A DNA stretch of 64,000 nt, from assembly GCA_034421335.1 (NCBI GenBank), contig DAOUKL010000073.1, positions 13,524-77,523 on the forward strand, in the 5' to 3' direction. The translations under genes were made by a program, and so were the position numbers. Shown here piece after piece: positions 61,301 through 64,000 of this stretch (position 1 is the stretch's first letter; each line of letters begins with the position of its first letter). The notes under the pieces are model-generated. The model had not been told where the DNA came from, did no database searches, and was given only the letters and a program-made list of their open reading frames with translations. Source of the stretch: Dehalococcoidia bacterium. GTDB taxonomy: Bacteria; Chloroflexota; Dehalococcoidia; Lucifugimonadales; Australimonadaceae.

Positions 61301-64000
61301 TTGCGCCAGGGGTAAGAGCAGTGAGGGTCGTGGACGTAGCCGTTCCCACGTGCTCAGAGTCGGTGAAATCGTCCTTGGCCTCCCGGCACCGCACCTCGTA
61401 GCCGGTGATGGGAGGGCCGGAGTTGGGCGGCGACTCCCAAGAGACATCGAGCGACATCTCGCCGCTCCCTTCCTCCCCAAGCGCAACACCGGGCGCGCCA
61501 GGCGTTCCGGGCGGCTCGTCAACATCGGCGACGTTGATCGTCACCGCTATCGTGTCCGTTGCGCCGCCTTCGTCGCTCACGCTCGCCGTAACCTCATAAC
61601 TTGCCCTGTTCTCGTGGTCGAGCTTCGCACGCACCTTCAACTGGCCGGTCCGGGGGTCGATAGTGAATAACTTGGCGTCGGGGCCGGAGAGCGCGTACGT
61701 GAGGGGCTCGTTGGGGCCGTCCGGGTCGAGTGCGGTCAGCGGGGCGCCGATGCCCTGGCCAGCGGGAGCATTCTCGTTCACGCTGCGCGTCGCATCGGCG
61801 CCTTCGATGAACGCCGGCGGGGTGTTCGGGGTCGCCAGTGTGCGTCCCTCGCCGAACGCCGACCACCCGCTGGGGCCTTCGGCATTGACAGCCCGCACAC
61901 GCACTTCGTAGTCGGTCTCCGCCTCAAGGCCTGCTATCGTGGCCTGCGTCTCGGCGCTGCGGAAAACGAACTCCAGCAACGTCGTGGCCCCCACTTCCCG
62001 GTACTCGATGTCGTAGTCGGTGATGGGCGAGCCGTTCTCATCGGGCGCAGTCCACGTGACGGCCACCGACGAGTGGCCGTCGAGAGCCGCAGGGGCGACG
62101 GCGGGGGCGCCCGGGGCGTCCGGCGGCTCAGGAAGGTTGTTCACGGAGATGTCGACGTCAACGCTGTCCGTCAACGAGCCGTCGCTCGCGGTAACCGTCA
62201 TCTGGTAGGTGTTCGCGCCTTCATAGTCGAGGACGTCTCTGGTCTTGAGCTGGCCTGTCCCCGCATCAATCGCAAAGCTCGCCGCATCCGTCCCCGAAAG
62301 CGAATATATGAGCATGTCCCCATCCGGGTCCGTCGCCGTTACCGCGTCCCCGAACGCGGTCCCTGACGCCGTGTTCTCATCAACGTCCAGCGCCGGCGCA
62401 CCTTCGGGGAACTCTGGCGCCTCGTTGACGTTCATGACCTTGATGGCGACGGTGATGCTCGCCACCTCGAATCCGTCATCGGCGCGGACGGTCACCGCGT
62501 AGCTCGACTTGCTCTCGTAGTCGAGGGCCGACTTGGTCTTGAGCCGGCCCGTGGCCTCGTCAATCGTGAACGAGGAGGCGTCGGCGCCAGACAACGAATA
62601 CGTGAGGGTACGACCGTCGGCGGCCGTCGCAGACACGGCTGCGCCGACAGCCGTGTTCGGCGGAGCGTTCTCCGCGACGCTGCGCGTGGTGGAGGCGCCC
62701 TCGAGAAACACCGGGGGACTGATCGCCTGGGCGACCTTGATATCAACGTCGATAGCCGCGGTTAGCGAGCCGTCGCTCGCGGTGACTCTAACGGTGTAGA
62801 TGGACTTTAAATCGTCGGCGGCCACCGTCAGGATCTTCAATTTGCCGGCGGGCGCTCGGAGCGCAGACTTGGTCTTGAGTTGCCCCGTGCCCTTGTCGAT
62901 TGCGAACGAGGAGGCGTCTGCTCCAGAGAGGATGTACGTCAGTGTGTCGCCTTCGGCGTCCACAGCAGACACCGCATCGCCGATGGCGGCGTTCGCCGAC
63001 GCGCTCTCGGGCACGCTACGAGTGGTCTTGACGCCCTCCATGAACGCCGGCGCTTCGTTGACGTTCGTCACGCTGATGGTTACAGCGACCGTGTCGGAGA
63101 GCGAGCCGTCGGACGCCGTTATCGTCACCCGGTACGTGTTCGTTCCTTCGTAGTCGAGGGCCGCCCTGGTCTTGAGCTGTCCCGCGCCTTCGTCGATCGC
63201 GAACGAGAAAGCGTCCGCGCCCGACAGCGAATACGTCAGCGTGTCACCGTCAGGGTCGGTCGCGGCGACCGCGTCGCCAAACGCTGTGCCCGCAGCAGTG
63301 TTCTCGGCGACGCTGCGGGTTACCGTCGCGCCCTCGGTGAACGAAGGCGCCCGGTTCGCGGCGTCGGTGCTCCCCTCACCTGAGTCCGACCACGCGCCGG
63401 TTCCCTCGTCGTTCGACGCCCGCACTTGGACGACGTAGGCGCTCCCGGCGTCGAGGCCGGTTATGGTCGCCGATGTTCCCGTGCCGGTGTGGTCGAACTC
63501 GGTGAAACCATCGGCGCCTTTCAGGCGATACTGGACGTCGTAGTCAGCGATGGCCGGGCCGGTATTCGTAGGCGCCGACCAGTGCACCGACAGCGAAGTC
63601 TCCCCGTTCGACGACACCGTCGGCGCAGACGGCTTGCCCGGCGGCTCACTCACGTCGTTCACGGAGACGTCCACCAGCACGGAGTCGGTCAGCGAGCCGT
63701 CGGACGCCGTTACCGTCACCTGGTACGTGTTCATGCCCTCGTAGTCGAGGGCACCCTTCGTCTTGAACTGGCCCGTGTCCTCGTCGATTGCGAACAAGGA
63801 GGCGTCCGAGCCCGACAGCGAGTACGTCAGCGTATCGCCGTCTGGGTCGGTTGCCGTCAGCACATCGCCGAAAGCCGCCCCTGCCGCCGTGTTCTCGTCG
63901 ACATCCAGCGCGGGGGCGCCCTCCGGGAAGGCCGGGGCCTCGTTGACGTCAGTTACGGTGATGGTTACGGCAATCGTGTCGGAGAGCGAGCCGTCGCTCA
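58320..64000 (-). CDS. Giant surface adhesin with cadherin-like and fibronectin type III repeats and a C-terminal TM anchor; N-terminus beyond the window
   Basis: At least 9 cadherin-like units (..DPDGDTLTYSLSG.DA..F.ID..TGQLKT...LDYE....Y.VTVTASDG......V.I.V.NVNE.P) and 4 FN3-like units (P..P..P.V......SL.V.W..P.N.G..I..Y.V.YR......YEV.VRA.N.EG.G.WS). There is a PT-rich linker and a C-terminal TM plus RSERRRRQG. The reading frame continues past the track start (63863) to the window end. Confidence 0.85.
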   Translation of the reverse strand, partial: SDGSLSDTIAVTITVTDVNEAPAFPEGAPALDVDENTAAGAAFGDVLTATDPDGDTLTYSLSGSDASLFAIDEDTGQFKTKGALDYEGMNTYQVTVTASDGSLTDSVLVDVSVNDVSEPPGKPSAPTVSSNGETSLSVHWSAPTNTGPAIADYDVQYRLKGADGFTEFDHTGTGTSATITGLDAGSAYVVQVRASNDEGTGAWSDSGEGSTDAANRAPSFTEGATVTRSVAENTAAGTAFGDAVAATDPDGDTLTYSLSGADAFSFAIDEGAGQLKTRAALDYEGTNTYRVTITASDGSLSDTVAVTISVTNVNEAPAFMEGVKTTRSVPESASANAAIGDAVSAVDAEGDTLTYILSGADASSFAIDKGTGQLKTKSALRAPAGKLKILTVAADDLKSIYTVRVTASDGSLTAAIDVDIKVAQAISPPVFLEGASTTRSVAENAPPNTAVGAAVSATAADGRTLTYSLSGADASSFTIDEATGRLKTKSALDYESKSSYAVTVRADDGFEVASITVAIKVMNVNEAPEFPEGAPALDVDENTASGTAFGDAVTATDPDGDMLIYSLSGTDAASFAIDAGTGQLKTRDVLDYEGANTYQMTVTASDGSLTDSVDVDISVNNLPEPPDAPGAPAVAPAALDGHSSVAVTWTAPDENGSPITDYDIEYREVGATTLLEFVFRSAETQATIAGLEAETDYEVRVRAVNAEGPSGWSAFGEGRTLATPNTPPAFIEGADATRSVNENAPAGQGIGAPLTALDPDGPNEPLTYALSGPDAKLFTIDPRTGQLKVRAKLDHENRASYEVTASVSDEGGATDTIAVTINVADVDEPPGTPGAPGVALGEEGSGEMSLDVSWESPPNSGPPITGYEVRCREAKDDFTDSEHVGTATSTTLTALTPGATYEVQVRAINDEGEGLWSDSGRYRPSRLQEPQRQEPLLLVSSPPVFIEGAETSREVDENTPPGAAIGRPVAARPQSGVAYALEPTDAEFFSIDAGDGQLRAKRPLNYEAVDYYTLRVMATNSDGEARIRVTLTVNDLDEPPEAPHEPFVVPAPTDGRRALRIVWDPPDNTGPPITAYNVQYREDGGGGYSDWPHQGLAAAATITGLLPGVVYEVRVRAVNDEGVGPWSPSGWGATLNLPPVFAEGATAVRSIDEHTLAGLPIGVPLLAVDPDGDALFYALVGADANAFAIEEATGRLLTKEPLDYEAQAAYSVTVEASDGKGGLAAIVVRIDVGDVNDAPVAEDDAVATDEDAAVVVQALGNDRDQDAGALLHIASVTQPGNGRASIGEDGAITYSPNPNYHGPDAFTYVVSDGAASDVGDVSVVVRSVNDPPVAVGSIPMQTAEVGGSGVALDLAPYFDDPDDEALVYDAVPVASATMTIAESVLTIALVDAGESSVVVTATDPEGASARAEFALVAVRAAPTSGDEQSVSLVLPGVGESRVAGAGGHSVAFPAGARSSPFQVRISPEDQDCESSAGDGERLLCVEVELFDLRAEELDGALDRPAALTLRLDPRQASLAGSARDAGRLRVLRRARASDPWSNIPECPGPADNSECFTLAQDADGRGRLRIANLSGFSQFSLVVRPPPPPEFVEGATALREAPENSPGGFLVGAPVVARAAGGRTVVYRVESGDASLFDVVADTGQIVVRSGAELDHESPRNPYTLTIAAADGEAAASIAVTVAALNVQEPGGIAVDSDAAPVVGALMTAALTDPDGGVSNVQWRWERSPGVGWAVIEGAVSPGYALTDEDVHMLLRATATYDDAAGTGMSLSSAPVGPVMRAPAPQAASLATPTPTPPALVSTPTPIPTPTPTALAPPAPAPARAEQAAPTASPTPQAPSPVATPPPPTVAPSARSPVSTTAARWAVVGIAVVVAAAAPFLIARSERRRRQG

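Noticed and set aside
58743-61670. 975-aa plus-strand ORF, and the other plus-strand ORFs between 58303 and 63744
   Set aside because: They are antisense to the adhesin gene, whose periodic cadherin/FN3 repeats give strong coding evidence. The plus-strand translations are Arg/Gly-rich and lack domain-like periodicity.

Overview
The window is GC-rich and densely coded, with no rRNA, tRNA or CRISPR array seen by eye. The gene content looks Chloroflexota-like or symbiont-like, but that is inference only.

Main content:
- A peptide-type ABC importer with a tandemly duplicated gene pair (substrate-binding lipoprotein plus collagen-like lipoprotein).
- Five paralogous phthalate-dioxygenase-family Rieske oxygenases. 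They sit among Pht4-like and Pht5-like enzymes, a LigB extradiol dioxygenase, a bicupin, MFS transporters and a TctC-type binding protein.
- A form-II coxSLM-DE/G molybdenum hydroxylase cluster, divergent from an NCS2-type permease.
- An operon with two PTPS genes, an SDR and a small Rieske protein.
- An AtzE/AtzG-like amidase operon.
- An ino1, GT4 and CDP-alcohol phosphatidyltransferase cluster.
- lysA and holB.
- A partial cadherin/FN3 adhesin of more than 1,890 aa.

Observations most worth a second look:
1. About twenty clusters of mosaic GC-rich hairpin repeat modules fill nearly every intergenic gap. They also sit in frame inside an orphan terminase-like gene and form the C-terminal tail of coxE.
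2. A thioredoxin-fold gene has an in-frame TGA at the first Cys of its CxxC motif, making it a selenocysteine candidate.
3. A lower-GC gene with a PD-(D/E)XK-like motif is wedged into the cox operon.
4. Two genes appear to start at ATC, each preceded by a strong Shine-Dalgarno sequence.
5. A G17/C10 homopolymer hairpin region lies upstream of the terminase-like gene.

Many long antisense or alternative-frame ORFs in the track are high-GC shadows and were rejected.
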